Below are positions 20,778 to 30,264 of a stretch of 64,000 nucleotides of DNA, one piece after another. Origin of the DNA: a virus; IMG/VR virus record IMGVR_UViG_3300042383_000546, positions 20,230 to 84,229 of that record, one strand, 5' to 3'. The notes beneath the pieces were generated by a model, which was given only the letters and a program-made list of their open reading frames with translations, did not search any database and was not told the DNA's origin. The first letter of the stretch is position 1; each line of letters starts with the position of its first letter. A program made the position numbers and the translations under genes.

Positions 20778-21179
20778 TTATTTGTGTTCTATTAGTAATT
20801 CACCTAATACTTCTATTCTACCAACCTTTTTTTGAAAGTCAATTTGCCCGATACTCATGTCCTGAATACCATTATTTACTTCACTAATCAAACCTTTAAG
20901 TTCCTTTTCAGCTTCAGCAAAATCTAATTTTCCTTCAGCAGCACTTTTATAGTAGGGCTCTTTGACATCAAAATGATAGTAAGTCAGCATTGATAGTCCA
21001 CCTTTTTCTTTAGCGTTTTCTGCAATCTTCATAGCACCCTCTCCCCTTTTTTTAGAGAAGTCTTCAAGTTGTTTGTCTGTGCTCTGAGTACTCTGCTTTT
21101 TATTTTTATTCATAATTAAATAGGTTAAGCCCAATAGACCTAACCCACCTAATATGAATACTTTTGTGTTTTGTTCCAT
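20778..21179 (-). CDS. Membrane protein
   Basis: N-terminal TM. Confidence 0.65.
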   Translation of the reverse strand: MEQNTKVFILGGLGLLGLTYLIMNKNKKQSTQSTDKQLEDFSKKRGEGAMKIAENAKEKGGLSMLTYYHFDVKEPYYKSAAEGKLDFAEAEKELKGLISEVNNGIQDMSIGQIDFQKKVGRIEVLGELLIEHK

Positions 21180-21406
21180 TATTCTTCTACTTTAGGTAGT
21201 AATAACTGAGATACCAAACCACCAATAATAGCTCCTATAAACGCTGAAGAGACTAAATTGTACTGACGAGAATAACCTATTAAAAGACCACCTGCCATTC
21301 CAATAAAGCCTCCTGTTATAGTGCCTTTTGTTTTTTTCAAAGCCATACTATCAGACTTTGATTTAAGCTCTTTAGCTTTTTGTAATAGTTCTGATGCTTC
21401 AGCCAT
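21179..21406 (-). CDS. Two-TM glycine-zipper-like membrane protein
   Basis: GGFIGMAGGLLIG and AFIGAIIGGLV. Confidence 0.65.
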   Translation of the reverse strand: MAEASELLQKAKELKSKSDSMALKKTKGTITGGFIGMAGGLLIGYSRQYNLVSSAFIGAIIGGLVSQLLLPKVEE

Positions 21407-21417
21407 TTTTTATTTTT

Positions 21418-21519
21418 TTATTTTTGACCGCTCTTCCAACTTCTAGAAACTACATAAACAGTAACACCTAGTGCTACAAGTCCTAAAGCATACGCTAGTA
21501 AATTTTTTCCGTTTTTCAT
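21418..21519 (-). CDS. 33-aa single-TM protein (not in ORF track)
   Basis: MKNGKNLLAYALGLVALGVTVYVVSRSWKSGQK; fills the operon gap. Confidence 0.7.
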   Translation of the reverse strand: MKNGKNLLAYALGLVALGVTVYVVSRSWKSGQK

Positions 21520-21522
21520 TTT

Positions 21523-21921
21523 TTATGGATTGAATTGTGATAAAATCGTTTTTCTAGGTCTATTCTTTGGTGCACATCTACAAGCATCTTGGATATTTGT
21601 AGGAGCACCGCCCGTTGCATTCATAAACATTGGTGCACCAACACCTCTGTCATAAATGTTAGGTATTAAATTCTGAGAACTCATGTAAATTGGAGGTTTA
21701 ACACCACTACCCAAAGCACTAACGGTTACAGGGTTTGCAGTTAAACCACTTGATGGCTGCTGAGGTGGAGGTTTAAGGTCAGGAATACCTACAATGATTG
21801 GAGGATTTTCATTTTTTAAATCTGAAACCTTAACTTCTTTTTTCTTACTATAATATCTTAAAGCAAGTATAGTTGCTACTATCCCCGCTCCAAACCATAG
21901 TATTTTATTATCTGTTGCCAT
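21523..21921 (-). CDS. Membrane protein, Pro-rich
   Basis: N-terminal TM. Confidence 0.65.
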   Translation of the reverse strand: MATDNKILWFGAGIVATILALRYYSKKKEVKVSDLKNENPPIIVGIPDLKPPPQQPSSGLTANPVTVSALGSGVKPPIYMSSQNLIPNIYDRGVGAPMFMNATGGAPTNIQDACRCAPKNRPRKTILSQFNP

Positions 21922-21923
21922 GA

Positions 21924-22625
21924 TTAGTTAGTTTTTTTAGCTTTTACAATAAGGTATATAGCTGTGATTGCTACTAACACACCCGCACCAATTATGATGT
22001 AAGTGGTAGCACTAGTTTTCTTACTAGGTGTACCCATGTTTGCTCTTAGCTCATCTTGTTGTGCTTGTAAGGCTGCAGCTTGATTACTAATGTTATTGGC
22101 ATCAGCTTGAGTCTTGTTATTGATTTTATTTAAACCAATTTGAATACCTGCATTGATTGTATCTTGACTAGTAAGTGCTTTACCAATGTTTGCTAATAGT
22201 AAACCTACTCCTGTCTTTCCTTGAGGATTGTCGGCTGTAACTCTACTTTGTTTTTTAGCAGCAGCAGCTTGAGCAGCAGCAGCTTTTTTTGCAGCTCTTT
22301 CAGCAGCAGTCATATTATAAAAATCATCTGCTCCTGTGAATTGAAAATCGTCAATCCCTGTAAATCCAAAATCCTGTGAGCTACCAACAAATGATAATGT
22401 TTCACCTGCCTCTTTAACTTTTTCTGTTAGAAAAGTAGACAACTCATTTTTGAAGTTTGGACTTTTAGCTGAAGCCATAAGTACGGCAATAGTAACTTCT
22501 TTGTCAGAAGGATTGTTACCTACTACAACTCCGTTTCTTTTAAGTAATCTAACTAGACCATCTTTATCAGTAACTACAGCGTATGATAACGCTTCTTCTG
22601 TTACTTGTAGTGCACTTACTGCCAT
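21924..22625 (-). CDS. Putative virion membrane protein (C-terminal anchor) with tandem FTGxDD motifs
   Basis: FGFTGIDDFQFTGADDFYN; C-terminal TM. Confidence 0.7.
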   Translation of the reverse strand: MAVSALQVTEEALSYAVVTDKDGLVRLLKRNGVVVGNNPSDKEVTIAVLMASAKSPNFKNELSTFLTEKVKEAGETLSFVGSSQDFGFTGIDDFQFTGADDFYNMTAAERAAKKAAAAQAAAAKKQSRVTADNPQGKTGVGLLLANIGKALTSQDTINAGIQIGLNKINNKTQADANNISNQAAALQAQQDELRANMGTPSKKTSATTYIIIGAGVLVAITAIYLIVKAKKTN

Positions 22626-22640
22626 GTTATTTTAATTTAA

Positions 22641-22946
22641 TTATTTTTTATTTACATAATACGTTACACCATAAATAGCTAGTGTAATACCAATTACCCA
22701 TGCCCATTTTTGCCCTTTAGACATTCTTACACCAAATAAGCCTTCAACTTCGCTTACAGGATTGCTTGGGTCATTTGGCAAAGGTGCACCTTCCATAGTT
22801 TTTTTATCCTGTGGTGGTGGTGGTGAAAATTTGCTTTCATGCCTTTTCATGCAATCTTCAAAACTGCTATATTTACTTTTATCGTAACCATAGTTACAAT
22901 ATTGAAATTTTGCCTCTGCTGCGTTTTGTGGTGCTCGTAAAGCCAT
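22641..22946 (-). CDS. Membrane protein (C-terminal anchor)
   Basis: WAWVIGITLAIYGVTYYVNKK. Confidence 0.65.
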   Translation of the reverse strand: MALRAPQNAAEAKFQYCNYGYDKSKYSSFEDCMKRHESKFSPPPPQDKKTMEGAPLPNDPSNPVSEVEGLFGVRMSKGQKWAWVIGITLAIYGVTYYVNKK

Positions 22947-22951
22947 TATAA

Positions 22952-23374
22952 TTATTTTTTAGTTGTTATGATAGCGAAAGCAATTAATACCGCTCCTGCA
23001 AACATTAACATACCTGTTTCCGAAGTTAATTTTTTATTGTCAGCAACTTGTTGTGCTGCTTGAGCTTGAAGCTGACCTGAGAAATTCATGTAAGATTCAA
23101 GAATATTTTTATTTGGATTTGAAGCGGTACAAGTACAGCCATCAGGCTTTTTACCATACTTCTTCTCGAAGTAGTCCATGAACAATTCTTTGTCAGGGTT
23201 ATTTTCGATAATTTCCATTAATACGGGTTCGCCCTCGTAGGACACGAGTTGCTGTAAAACCGAAGAAAGAGGTTGGTCTCTGTCAAATTCGTAGCCATGT
23301 CTATGTGCCAACGATTTCACAAAATATGGATTCGCTGCAGCGGTGTATGCGTATATGTTTACATTACTCGACAT
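22952..23374 (-). CDS. Membrane protein (C-terminal anchor)
   Basis: C-terminal TM followed by KK; start probably at MSSNV. Confidence 0.65.
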   Translation of the reverse strand: MSSNVNIYAYTAAANPYFVKSLAHRHGYEFDRDQPLSSVLQQLVSYEGEPVLMEIIENNPDKELFMDYFEKKYGKKPDGCTCTASNPNKNILESYMNFSGQLQAQAAQQVADNKKLTSETGMLMFAGAVLIAFAIITTKK

Positions 23375-23400
23375 GATATGCAATTTAATGAATTAAAAGT

Positions 23401-23448
23401 AAAAAAGGGCGAAGCTGATATAAAATCTGCTTCAGCCCTTTCTTTTTT
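23401..23448 (-). terminator. Intrinsic terminator downstream of the capsid candidate
   Basis: AAAGGGC-GAAGC...GCTTC-A-GCCCTTT stem; the flanking A-run reads as a U-tract on the minus strand. Confidence 0.75.
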
Positions 23449-23465
23449 ATTTTATACCGCTAGAA

Positions 23466-24164
23466 TTAACGAGCAGCAGGTCTGATAATCTTTGGACTAC
23501 CGTATTGCTTAGAAACAGGGTCTCCGTTTAAGCCACGAGCAATATTGATGTTATCAGAAGGGTAGAATTGGAACTGAACACTTGAACTTGCGAACATAGT
23601 GAAAGTCAATTTAGTGAAGCCATCGATACGGAAAGGTTGTTTCAATTCGATAACACCACTTTGGTTCTGATAAGGGTCAATTACAGGTGTCAAGATTTTA
23701 ACAGCTTGGTTACCGTTAGCGTCTTGAGTAGTTAAAGTAATCGGTTGTAACACTTGACTTGTTGTACCATTTACAGAAGAAATCAAAGTAGAACCGATTG
23801 TGAAAGGGCTTACACTTGATTGGTTAAGTAAGTTGTAATAAGTTGTGTTAGAAAGGTTAGACGTAATGGTTACGTTGTTTACAGTTAAAGAACCTGCAGA
23901 GAAACCTGCATTGTTCAAGTAAACGTAAGCACCAAATACATCTACAGATACTGCAGCGTTTGAAGCGTTAGATACTGTGATGATGTAAGGCTGAGACTTC
24001 ATCATACCTGCTGATGCCATTGGAGCTACTGCAGGTGCTGCGTCAGCAGCGAAGAAATTGTCTGCCCCTGTAAAATAGGTTTCGTCTGCGAAACCATCTA
24101 CACCAATAAACTGCTCGTTAATAGAGCGGTTAGCTTGTTGTAAGTACTTTTGAATACTAGACAT
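23466..24164 (-). CDS. Candidate major capsid protein (jelly-roll-like, 232 aa)
   Basis: Beta-strand-rich; downstream of the packaging ATPase and a small TM gene; followed by a strong terminator; C-ending codons (AAC, TTC, TAC, GAC) suggest high expression. The fold is inferred. Confidence 0.55.
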   Translation of the reverse strand: MSSIQKYLQQANRSINEQFIGVDGFADETYFTGADNFFAADAAPAVAPMASAGMMKSQPYIITVSNASNAAVSVDVFGAYVYLNNAGFSAGSLTVNNVTITSNLSNTTYYNLLNQSSVSPFTIGSTLISSVNGTTSQVLQPITLTTQDANGNQAVKILTPVIDPYQNQSGVIELKQPFRIDGFTKLTFTMFASSSVQFQFYPSDNINIARGLNGDPVSKQYGSPKIIRPAAR

Positions 24165-24221
24165 TGTGAATTAATTTATTTTTTTTAAAAATTTGTTTGT
24201 TTGTAGTTAGTTCCTTATGAA

Positions 24222-24329
24222 TTAAGCACCAATCTTAGCTTTGTCAAGCAACGGCTTAACTGCTAACATATAAAGGGCTACACCCGCTGTTACTACTAAA
24301 ACTTTACCTGCAAGAGATTTGAAGTCCAT
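24222..24329 (-). CDS. 35-aa single-TM protein (not in ORF track), candidate packaging-vertex membrane protein
   Basis: MDFKSLAGKVLVVTAGVALYMLAVKPLLDKAKIGA, between the ATPase and the capsid candidate. Confidence 0.7.
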   Translation of the reverse strand: MDFKSLAGKVLVVTAGVALYMLAVKPLLDKAKIGA

Positions 24330-24505
24330 TTTTTTCTAATTTAATTTTTTAAGAATAATTGTGTATCAACTGAATACAGATTCAAATGACATATCAAACC
24401 TATGTACTTAATTTTAATTGATAATTAAATCTAATTAGTTTGTTTACTACAATCGTTTGTAGCAAAACGAGGTAATTTGATACTTTATATTACGTTTATT
24501 TGTAG

Positions 24506-24542
24506 CAAAAAAAATCCCCAATAGAATTAACTATCAGGGATA
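24506..24542 (-). terminator. Possible terminator after the ATPase
   Basis: ATCCC.AATAG...CTATC.GGGAT imperfect stem with an A-run that reads as a U-tract on the minus strand. Confidence 0.45.
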
Positions 24543-24564
24543 AACAAAAAACTCAACACAGAAA

Positions 24565-25386
24565 CTATCCTATATACTGAGCAAGTAGCCTTCTTTTAAC
24601 TTCAGCTCTTGCCGTATTATCATTATATTTTTTCTTATTCTTTTCGTCTTTGAGCACCAAATAAGGATTTGTAAGAGCTCTAAAGTTTTCGCTAATATAT
24701 TGCTCTACTGCATCTTCAATCATTTCTTGGCTATAGTTACCTCTGATGTTTGATTCGTCCATGTCCACATAACAGTAAAACCTCTTGTTGCCTGAATCGT
24801 ACTGAGTGTTTACCATGATTTCGGCAATACGCATATACTCAAACTTATCAGGGAATTTATTTTTATGCCTTTCAACTGATTCGACATTCTTATGAAATCT
24901 TAATTGGTTTAGATTACCCCAAAGTTTAGTAACAATTCTGCCAATAGACTGATAAGACAGAATAATGTCTAAGCCAACGTGACGATTGGTAGCAATAGCA
25001 CCAACTAAATCAGAAGGCATATGGTCACCGATAAATTTAGAAGGGTCTTCAATGACCAAAAGTCCATTTTTAAAAGTGCTTAATACATAGAACAAAGCCT
25101 GAGCCCATTCGTCTAGTGTCATTCTAGTTCCGTTGGGGTGGAAAGGTCTTATCCTTCTAACTTCTACATGAGGGTGAACAGTAAAAAGACCTACGTCATT
25201 AAGCGACAAAGCTCTGATTCCAAATACTCCATACTCATCGTTTACGTCCATTACAAGAGCCTTACGACCTTTAATGCCATGATAAGGGTCTCCTTCTACA
25301 TATTTGTTTATGGTAATCATGTGAGCCCAAGTTTTTCCCACACCTTTTTTACCAACTGCTGCCATCAATAAAGGTTCTCTTCCCAT
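24565..25386 (-). CDS. FtsK-HerA superfamily genome packaging ATPase (A32/PRD1 P9-like)
   Basis: Walker A GKKGVGKT at the N-terminus, Walker B LLVIED, Arg-finger/Gln motif NRHVGLDIILSYQS; 273 aa; no nuclease domain. Confidence 0.85.
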   Translation of the reverse strand: MGREPLLMAAVGKKGVGKTWAHMITINKYVEGDPYHGIKGRKALVMDVNDEYGVFGIRALSLNDVGLFTVHPHVEVRRIRPFHPNGTRMTLDEWAQALFYVLSTFKNGLLVIEDPSKFIGDHMPSDLVGAIATNRHVGLDIILSYQSIGRIVTKLWGNLNQLRFHKNVESVERHKNKFPDKFEYMRIAEIMVNTQYDSGNKRFYCYVDMDESNIRGNYSQEMIEDAVEQYISENFRALTNPYLVLKDEKNKKKYNDNTARAEVKRRLLAQYIG

Positions 25387-25388
25387 TT

Positions 25389-25676
25389 CTAATTTTTTGT
25401 TTCTTTAAGTGCCATTTCTATTCTGTAAGAATCGTACACTTTTGAAAATGATATTCTTCTGATAGTAGTATCACACATAGCAAAGTCATACTCAATCTTC
25501 ATAAAGTTTTCTTTCTTTATAAAAATCGGGATAACCTTACAATCCTCTACATAAATGATAAAATCGTCATCGTTTTCAACAGGGAAATAGATTTTTTCTG
25601 CCTCTTTATCAAAGACACGAATAACACTCATTATCCTCTGCTTAAACTCAATCCACTCAGGGCTTTTAATTCTCAT
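25389..25676 (-). CDS. Hypothetical protein
   Basis: 95-aa ORF in operon. Confidence 0.6.
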   Translation of the reverse strand: MRIKSPEWIEFKQRIMSVIRVFDKEAEKIYFPVENDDDFIIYVEDCKVIPIFIKKENFMKIEYDFAMCDTTIRRISFSKVYDSYRIEMALKETKN

Positions 25677-25677
25677 T

Positions 25678-26805
25678 TTAATCTAGTCCTTGCATTTGTG
25701 GATTTGGTTTCTCTTTCCCGTCTTTGTCCGTTTCTCTCAAAATTATTGCTTCAGCTATTTCACTTTCGTCAATGTTATTGATATAATCTTTTGGTCTACG
25801 ACCTCTTTTACCACCTGTCTTTCTACTTTTCATAGCCTCTTGATATGAGCTATTGCCACCATTTGCTTTTGCTGCATTTTCACTCCAAATCTTCTCCTTA
25901 GCTCTTTGTTCCATGAGCTTTGCTTTACCCGTTGAAGGAACTTTGTGTTCCGTTACAGTTGAGTTTATTACCGCCTCATTTGAGTTGAAATTATCAAACT
26001 CTTGAGTTGCTTCATAAGTTGGTGTAGGTGTCGGGGTTGGTGTAGGCTTTGGTGCAGATGGTTTAGGTGTTGGTACAGCCCCGCTAGATTTAATAGCTGC
26101 AGTATTTTCTACTAAAGCATTAATCAAATCATTTGCAGTAGATTTCATTTGATAAATGAGAACACTCTTAACTGCAATATCTTTACCAAAAGCAAAGAGT
26201 ACATACTGCTCATCAGTCATACCCGCACCTCTTTTTTCTAGTATTCTTACTAGTGGAGGTTTAACGTCTTTTTTGAACTCTTTAGAAACAACTAAAGTGT
26301 CTTTTGTTTGGTTGTTAAACTCTTCAATAAACTCACCTGCAGAAATAGTAGAACCATCTGCCGTTGGCACTTGAATAGATAAATCTAATTCACCTTCAGC
26401 TTGAAGTTTTTTAATTCTTTTTTCAGGAATTTTCAGGAACATATTTCCCCATGAGTTGATTTGCTCATAGGTATCTAATATGATTGTAGCTAAGTGTTCT
26501 GCACCTGCTTTCTTTTCTGCATCAGTTGCTTGATTCATGGCAGGGTTTACAGGAGCTGATTCGTTTCTACGATTACCTCCACCGCCACCATCACCGCCTA
26601 GCATATCGTATGGGTTATCTCTAGTATTTATTGACTGAGGTTGAAAAGAAGGCTCAGGAATAATAGTAGATAATCGGTCTTGAGAAACAAAACCTGTTGG
26701 CTGACTATATGGTTTATCATTTACGTTGTCACTAAAGGGCATAAACTCCCTTTTAGGTTCTGTAAATGTTTGCTGATTTTGTTGCTGTTCAGTCTGATTT
26801 TCCAT
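25678..26805 (-). CDS. Hypothetical protein (Pro/Thr linker) upstream of the ATPase
   Basis: 375 aa; PTPTPT tract. Confidence 0.7.
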   Translation of the reverse strand: MENQTEQQQNQQTFTEPKREFMPFSDNVNDKPYSQPTGFVSQDRLSTIIPEPSFQPQSINTRDNPYDMLGGDGGGGGNRRNESAPVNPAMNQATDAEKKAGAEHLATIILDTYEQINSWGNMFLKIPEKRIKKLQAEGELDLSIQVPTADGSTISAGEFIEEFNNQTKDTLVVSKEFKKDVKPPLVRILEKRGAGMTDEQYVLFAFGKDIAVKSVLIYQMKSTANDLINALVENTAAIKSSGAVPTPKPSAPKPTPTPTPTPTYEATQEFDNFNSNEAVINSTVTEHKVPSTGKAKLMEQRAKEKIWSENAAKANGGNSSYQEAMKSRKTGGKRGRRPKDYINNIDESEIAEAIILRETDKDGKEKPNPQMQGLD

Positions 26806-26810
26806 GATGG

Positions 26811-27230
26811 TTATTTGTTTAATAGTATTTTATCTAGTTTGTCTTTTATTTTTAAATAGGGTATATCCGATTTGTACTTAGGGTTCAAAGACTCAATCAG
26901 AATTTTGTATTTACTGATATTGGTCTTATGCCTAGATATGAAAATGGTATCACTAATATCTCTTATAGTCATACTTTTATAAAGATAGTAAACGCAAAAA
27001 CCCACCGCAAACTTGTTATCACCTCTAGCGTACTTAGCATACAGCAAAGATTCTACGTCCATGCTAAATGCCTGTGAAACTGAGTTTAATACCAAATTTA
27101 TGTATGGGTCATCAAAAGAGGTTACTTGACCATCTTCTATTGTGAGAGCAGCCATTGTTTTGTCATATCCATTTTTCTTAAAATAGCTGACAAAAGTCTC
27201 AAGAGCTGTAAATGTATTATCAAGATTCAT
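26811..27230 (-). CDS. DnaA C-terminal-like HTH DNA-binding protein
   Basis: VSQAFSMDVESLL...R...CVYYLY..MTIRDIS...HKTNI pattern. Confidence 0.5.
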   Translation of the reverse strand: MNLDNTFTALETFVSYFKKNGYDKTMAALTIEDGQVTSFDDPYINLVLNSVSQAFSMDVESLLYAKYARGDNKFAVGFCVYYLYKSMTIRDISDTIFISRHKTNISKYKILIESLNPKYKSDIPYLKIKDKLDKILLNK

Positions 27231-27247
27231 GGTTATTTTTTATTGAA

Positions 27248-27272
27248 CAAATGTATTTATTTTATCTCAAAT
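27248..27272 (-). promoter_or_regulatory. Bacteroidota-type -7 promoter element
   Basis: Minus strand reads TTTG...TACATTTG (TAnnTTTG) about 18 bp upstream of the 27230 start. Confidence 0.45.
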
Positions 27273-27674
27273 TTACCAACCTGAAATTATATTTTTTAAT
27301 TTACCGCCATTTTGTTTAAACCACTCTTTGCCTATCACTCTTAGCTTTACATCAGGGTGATATTTAGCCATCCTTTTAATCTTTGTTGCTGACTTTGCAT
27401 CCATGTAGCCCTTTATTTCAATCCATTCCTCTGAGCCACTAGGAAAAATGACCATAAAATCAGGTTTATAGTTATTTGTTCCCCTCTTTATTGCCTCAAA
27501 CCAAAAGGTCTTAGGTTCGTGCTGCCATTCAATTATATGACCATGCTTTTTCATAAACTCCAAATACAAAGCATATCTATATTCCCATCTGCTTCTATAA
27601 AAGTTTCTTTTACCACCAATTTCAGCCCAATCTTGTTTCCAAGTGGACTTACCGTCTTTTAAGTGTATTTGCAT
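27273..27674 (-). CDS. PD-(D/E)xK endonuclease (resolvase/DUF1064-like)
   Basis: RSRWE...YKPDF...WIEIKG. Confidence 0.8.
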   Translation of the reverse strand: MQIHLKDGKSTWKQDWAEIGGKRNFYRSRWEYRYALYLEFMKKHGHIIEWQHEPKTFWFEAIKRGTNNYKPDFMVIFPSGSEEWIEIKGYMDAKSATKIKRMAKYHPDVKLRVIGKEWFKQNGGKLKNIISGW

Positions 27675-28315
27675 TATAGTCCGTATCTAGCTTTGAAATC
27701 TCTGTCTTTTATGATAGTTTCAACACAATAAAGTGAGAAATCGTTATCTGAAGGATAGTGAAGACCCAAATAAATTCTTGAGTATTCAATGTCCTTAGCC
27801 AAAGAATCAAAATAGCCAAACTTCTCAGGGAAGTGATTGCCTAGTACATGGCAAATCAAGGCTGCCTGAAATGTATGACCTGCAGGATATGAGGGTGTTT
27901 CAGCCGAAACTGAACTAAAAGGGAATAGTTTTAATTTGTAGTGCTGTGCTAACTGATAAGGTCTTGGACGCTGAAAATGGTACTTTAATTTAAGTATCAC
28001 AGGCAGACTTTCGTCTATTAGACTATCTACTAGTTCTATGCCTTTGTCCCCTAGTTCCTGATTTATAATAACACTAGCAAATATTCTTTCAATAGAAGGG
28101 TCGTATGACCTATATCTTTTGAGAGCCTCTTCGTCAGCTTTTACATCACCGATATAATCTACTACTTCGTTTAATTCCTCTCTAGTAGCTTTTGAGCTAT
28201 TCAAAGGGAAACCAAACTTGATTAATTGAGGCAAATGTTTATCTAAAGGGCTTTCAACCTCTAAATAAGGTAATTGCCTTTGTGTTGGATTGCCATAGGT
28301 TATAGAATCAAGCAT
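27674..28315 (-). CDS. PAP2 / vanadium-haloperoxidase-like phosphatase
   Basis: KYHFQRPRP, PSYPAGH and SRIYLGLHYPSD (the three PAP2 motifs). Confidence 0.9.
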   Translation of the reverse strand: MLDSITYGNPTQRQLPYLEVESPLDKHLPQLIKFGFPLNSSKATREELNEVVDYIGDVKADEEALKRYRSYDPSIERIFASVIINQELGDKGIELVDSLIDESLPVILKLKYHFQRPRPYQLAQHYKLKLFPFSSVSAETPSYPAGHTFQAALICHVLGNHFPEKFGYFDSLAKDIEYSRIYLGLHYPSDNDFSLYCVETIIKDRDFKARYGL

Positions 28316-28349
28316 AATTGTTTATGGTTATTTTGTGTTTTTATATTTT

Positions 28350-28778
28350 TTATTTTTTTACCCACCTGTTAGGTCTGTATACCGTTTGTACCGCTTGTAA
28401 ACCATTTCCTCTTGATTCGGGAGCAGTAAATTTATAAACTCCAAATTGAGTAGTTAAAGTATCACCTAACGTTGGTTTACCACCTACTGAATACTTTTTC
28501 ATGGCAGCACTTTCAAAGGCTAAAACCTCTTCTTTGCTATCCATCATACCACCATAAAGATTACTAAATACCCTATTTGATGGAATTACAGATGGTTCTC
28601 TACTAGGTAGCTTAATACCTCCACCTCCACTTCTAACTACTTCTTCGTAAGTGAGACCGCCTCTATTATCTTGAGGCTGAGTAACTACACCTTGACCTTT
28701 TTGTCCTCTCATCTTGTAGACATAAAATGCTACTGCACCTAAGCCTAAAGCAATTAGAATCTTTTGATTTGTTGTCAT
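28350..28778 (-). CDS. Membrane protein
   Basis: N-terminal TM. Confidence 0.65.
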   Translation of the reverse strand: MTTNQKILIALGLGAVAFYVYKMRGQKGQGVVTQPQDNRGGLTYEEVVRSGGGGIKLPSREPSVIPSNRVFSNLYGGMMDSKEEVLAFESAAMKKYSVGGKPTLGDTLTTQFGVYKFTAPESRGNGLQAVQTVYRPNRWVKK

Positions 28779-28994
28779 TTATTTTCTGTTTTTCAAGTAA
28801 TTATTTCCGTTGTATATAAGTGTAGAAAGTCCTAAAATGAATAAACCAACCCTTATTGGATTGGATAAACTCTTTTGACTAGCTACATAAAAACAAAAGG
28901 GTGAAATTACAAATACGTCTACAAGTCTTATCTGCTGAACAGATAAAAATGGACTATAAGTTGTACTAGTTTCTTTTTTTGTCATATTATCCAA
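28779..28994 (-). CDS. Small two-TM protein
   Basis: RLVDVFVISPF...LFILGLSTLIYNGNNY. Confidence 0.6.
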   Translation of the reverse strand: MDNMTKKETSTTYSPFLSVQQIRLVDVFVISPFCFYVASQKSLSNPIRVGLFILGLSTLIYNGNNYLKNRK

Positions 28995-29376
28995 GTCTCA
29001 TAACGGGTCTTCTGCCTCTTGAGCCTGAAGCGTTTACTTCTGCTGTTTTCTTTGCAGCAAGAGCAGCACTTTCCAACTTACCGATTCTTTCAATCACGTC
29101 ATTGTAAGCACTCTTTTCCATAGCCATCATGAGCCTGAAATATTGAATAGCATAAATACCAACACCCACTATCAAAGCAGACACAGATACCTCTACTACG
29201 TTAATATCACCAAACCAAGCTCTGATACCGCCACCACTTGTTGTTTCACCGCCTTCTGCCATAGCAGGTGCAGGTGTAGGAGCAGGAGCAGCCATAGGCA
29301 TGGGAGCTGCTGCAGGTGCAGGAGCGGGTGTGCTTACGGGTGCAGGAGGGGCACTATTTTCTATTGTTGTATTCAT
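28987..29376 (-). CDS. Membrane protein with Pro/Ala N-terminus and MAEGG motif
   Basis: APAPA tract, MAEGG, central TM. Confidence 0.65.
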   Translation of the reverse strand: MNTTIENSAPPAPVSTPAPAPAAAPMPMAAPAPTPAPAMAEGGETTSGGGIRAWFGDINVVEVSVSALIVGVGIYAIQYFRLMMAMEKSAYNDVIERIGKLESAALAAKKTAEVNASGSRGRRPVMRLG

Positions 29377-29377
29377 T

Positions 29378-29941
29378 TTAATCTTTTTTCTTTTTAGCTA
29401 CTAAGTAAATGCCTAGTGCAACGAGTAGTAACCACCAATAACTCTTCTTTTTCTCAACAGGTGCAGCATCTTCACTACCACCGCCTCCACCACCGCCCAT
29501 AGGTCTAATTCCTAGATTGGTTGAAGGTAAAATAGGAATAACGGGAATTGCAGGGACTACTACGTTTGTATCAGGTTTTGGAGCTGCCGTTGTAGTACTA
29601 GTAGTTGTGCTAGTCGTACTATCTTCAGGTCTATTACAATACCTTTGAAACATATCATAAGCAGCCATTGTTTCATTAGGAGTTGCTGCCCCACCGCCAT
29701 TTGTAGAAATAAACGTTGCTAAATCGGCACAAAAGGTAGGAGAGCCAAGTTGAGGTAACTGCATACGAGAACCCGTACCGCCACCTAGATTGTCTTTAGT
29801 TGTATCGTTGGGATTTGATGGGTCACCTTCTAAGCCCACAAATTCAGACTTACCCGTACCAATATCATAAGAGTGATTTCGAGGTTTTACGAATTTATCT
29901 TCTCCCTCAAATACAATGACCTTTTCTTTCCTTTTTGCCAT
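29378..29941 (-). CDS. Membrane protein (C-terminal anchor) with Thr tract
   Basis: STTSTTTSTTTAAP; YWWLLLVALGIYLVAKKKKD. Confidence 0.7.
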   Translation of the reverse strand: MAKRKEKVIVFEGEDKFVKPRNHSYDIGTGKSEFVGLEGDPSNPNDTTKDNLGGGTGSRMQLPQLGSPTFCADLATFISTNGGGAATPNETMAAYDMFQRYCNRPEDSTTSTTTSTTTAAPKPDTNVVVPAIPVIPILPSTNLGIRPMGGGGGGGSEDAAPVEKKKSYWWLLLVALGIYLVAKKKKD

Positions 29942-29946
29942 AATGC

Positions 29947-30066
29947 TTATTTTAATTGGGCTGCAGCTCTTTTAATAGCGTCAGTCCATTTTTCCCCTTG
30001 TTTGCGGATTTTCTTAGCCAATTTAGCAATATCTGCTACATTGATTTTCTTTTTAGCTGTTGCCAT
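29947..30066 (-). CDS. 39-aa basic protein (not in ORF track), candidate DNA-condensing core protein
   Basis: MATAKKKINVADIAKLAKKIRKQGEKWTDAIKRAAAQLK. Confidence 0.65.
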   Translation of the reverse strand: MATAKKKINVADIAKLAKKIRKQGEKWTDAIKRAAAQLK

Positions 30067-30084
30067 TTTTATATTTTTTAGTGA

Positions 30085-30192
30085 TTATTGACCACTTTTC
30101 CAAGCAGAACTGATTACTCTTACGGTTACATAAAGAACCAATAAACTTAAACCAACTCCTACTGCTGTAGATACGATACCTTTCTTTTCCAT
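30085..30192 (-). CDS. 35-aa single-TM protein (not in ORF track)
   Basis: MEKKGIVSTAVGVGLSLLVLYVTVRVISSAWKSGQ. Confidence 0.7.
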   Translation of the reverse strand: MEKKGIVSTAVGVGLSLLVLYVTVRVISSAWKSGQ

Positions 30193-30264
30193 GATTTTTA
30201 TTTTTTAGATTTAAAAATAAGTTGTATAAAATTAGCAATTATTTCTAATTACCTATATTTTTTT

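Noticed and set aside
24565-25386. Terminase large subunit
   Set aside because: Too short, no RNase H-like nuclease domain, and it has the RH...hhhhQ FtsK-HerA signature
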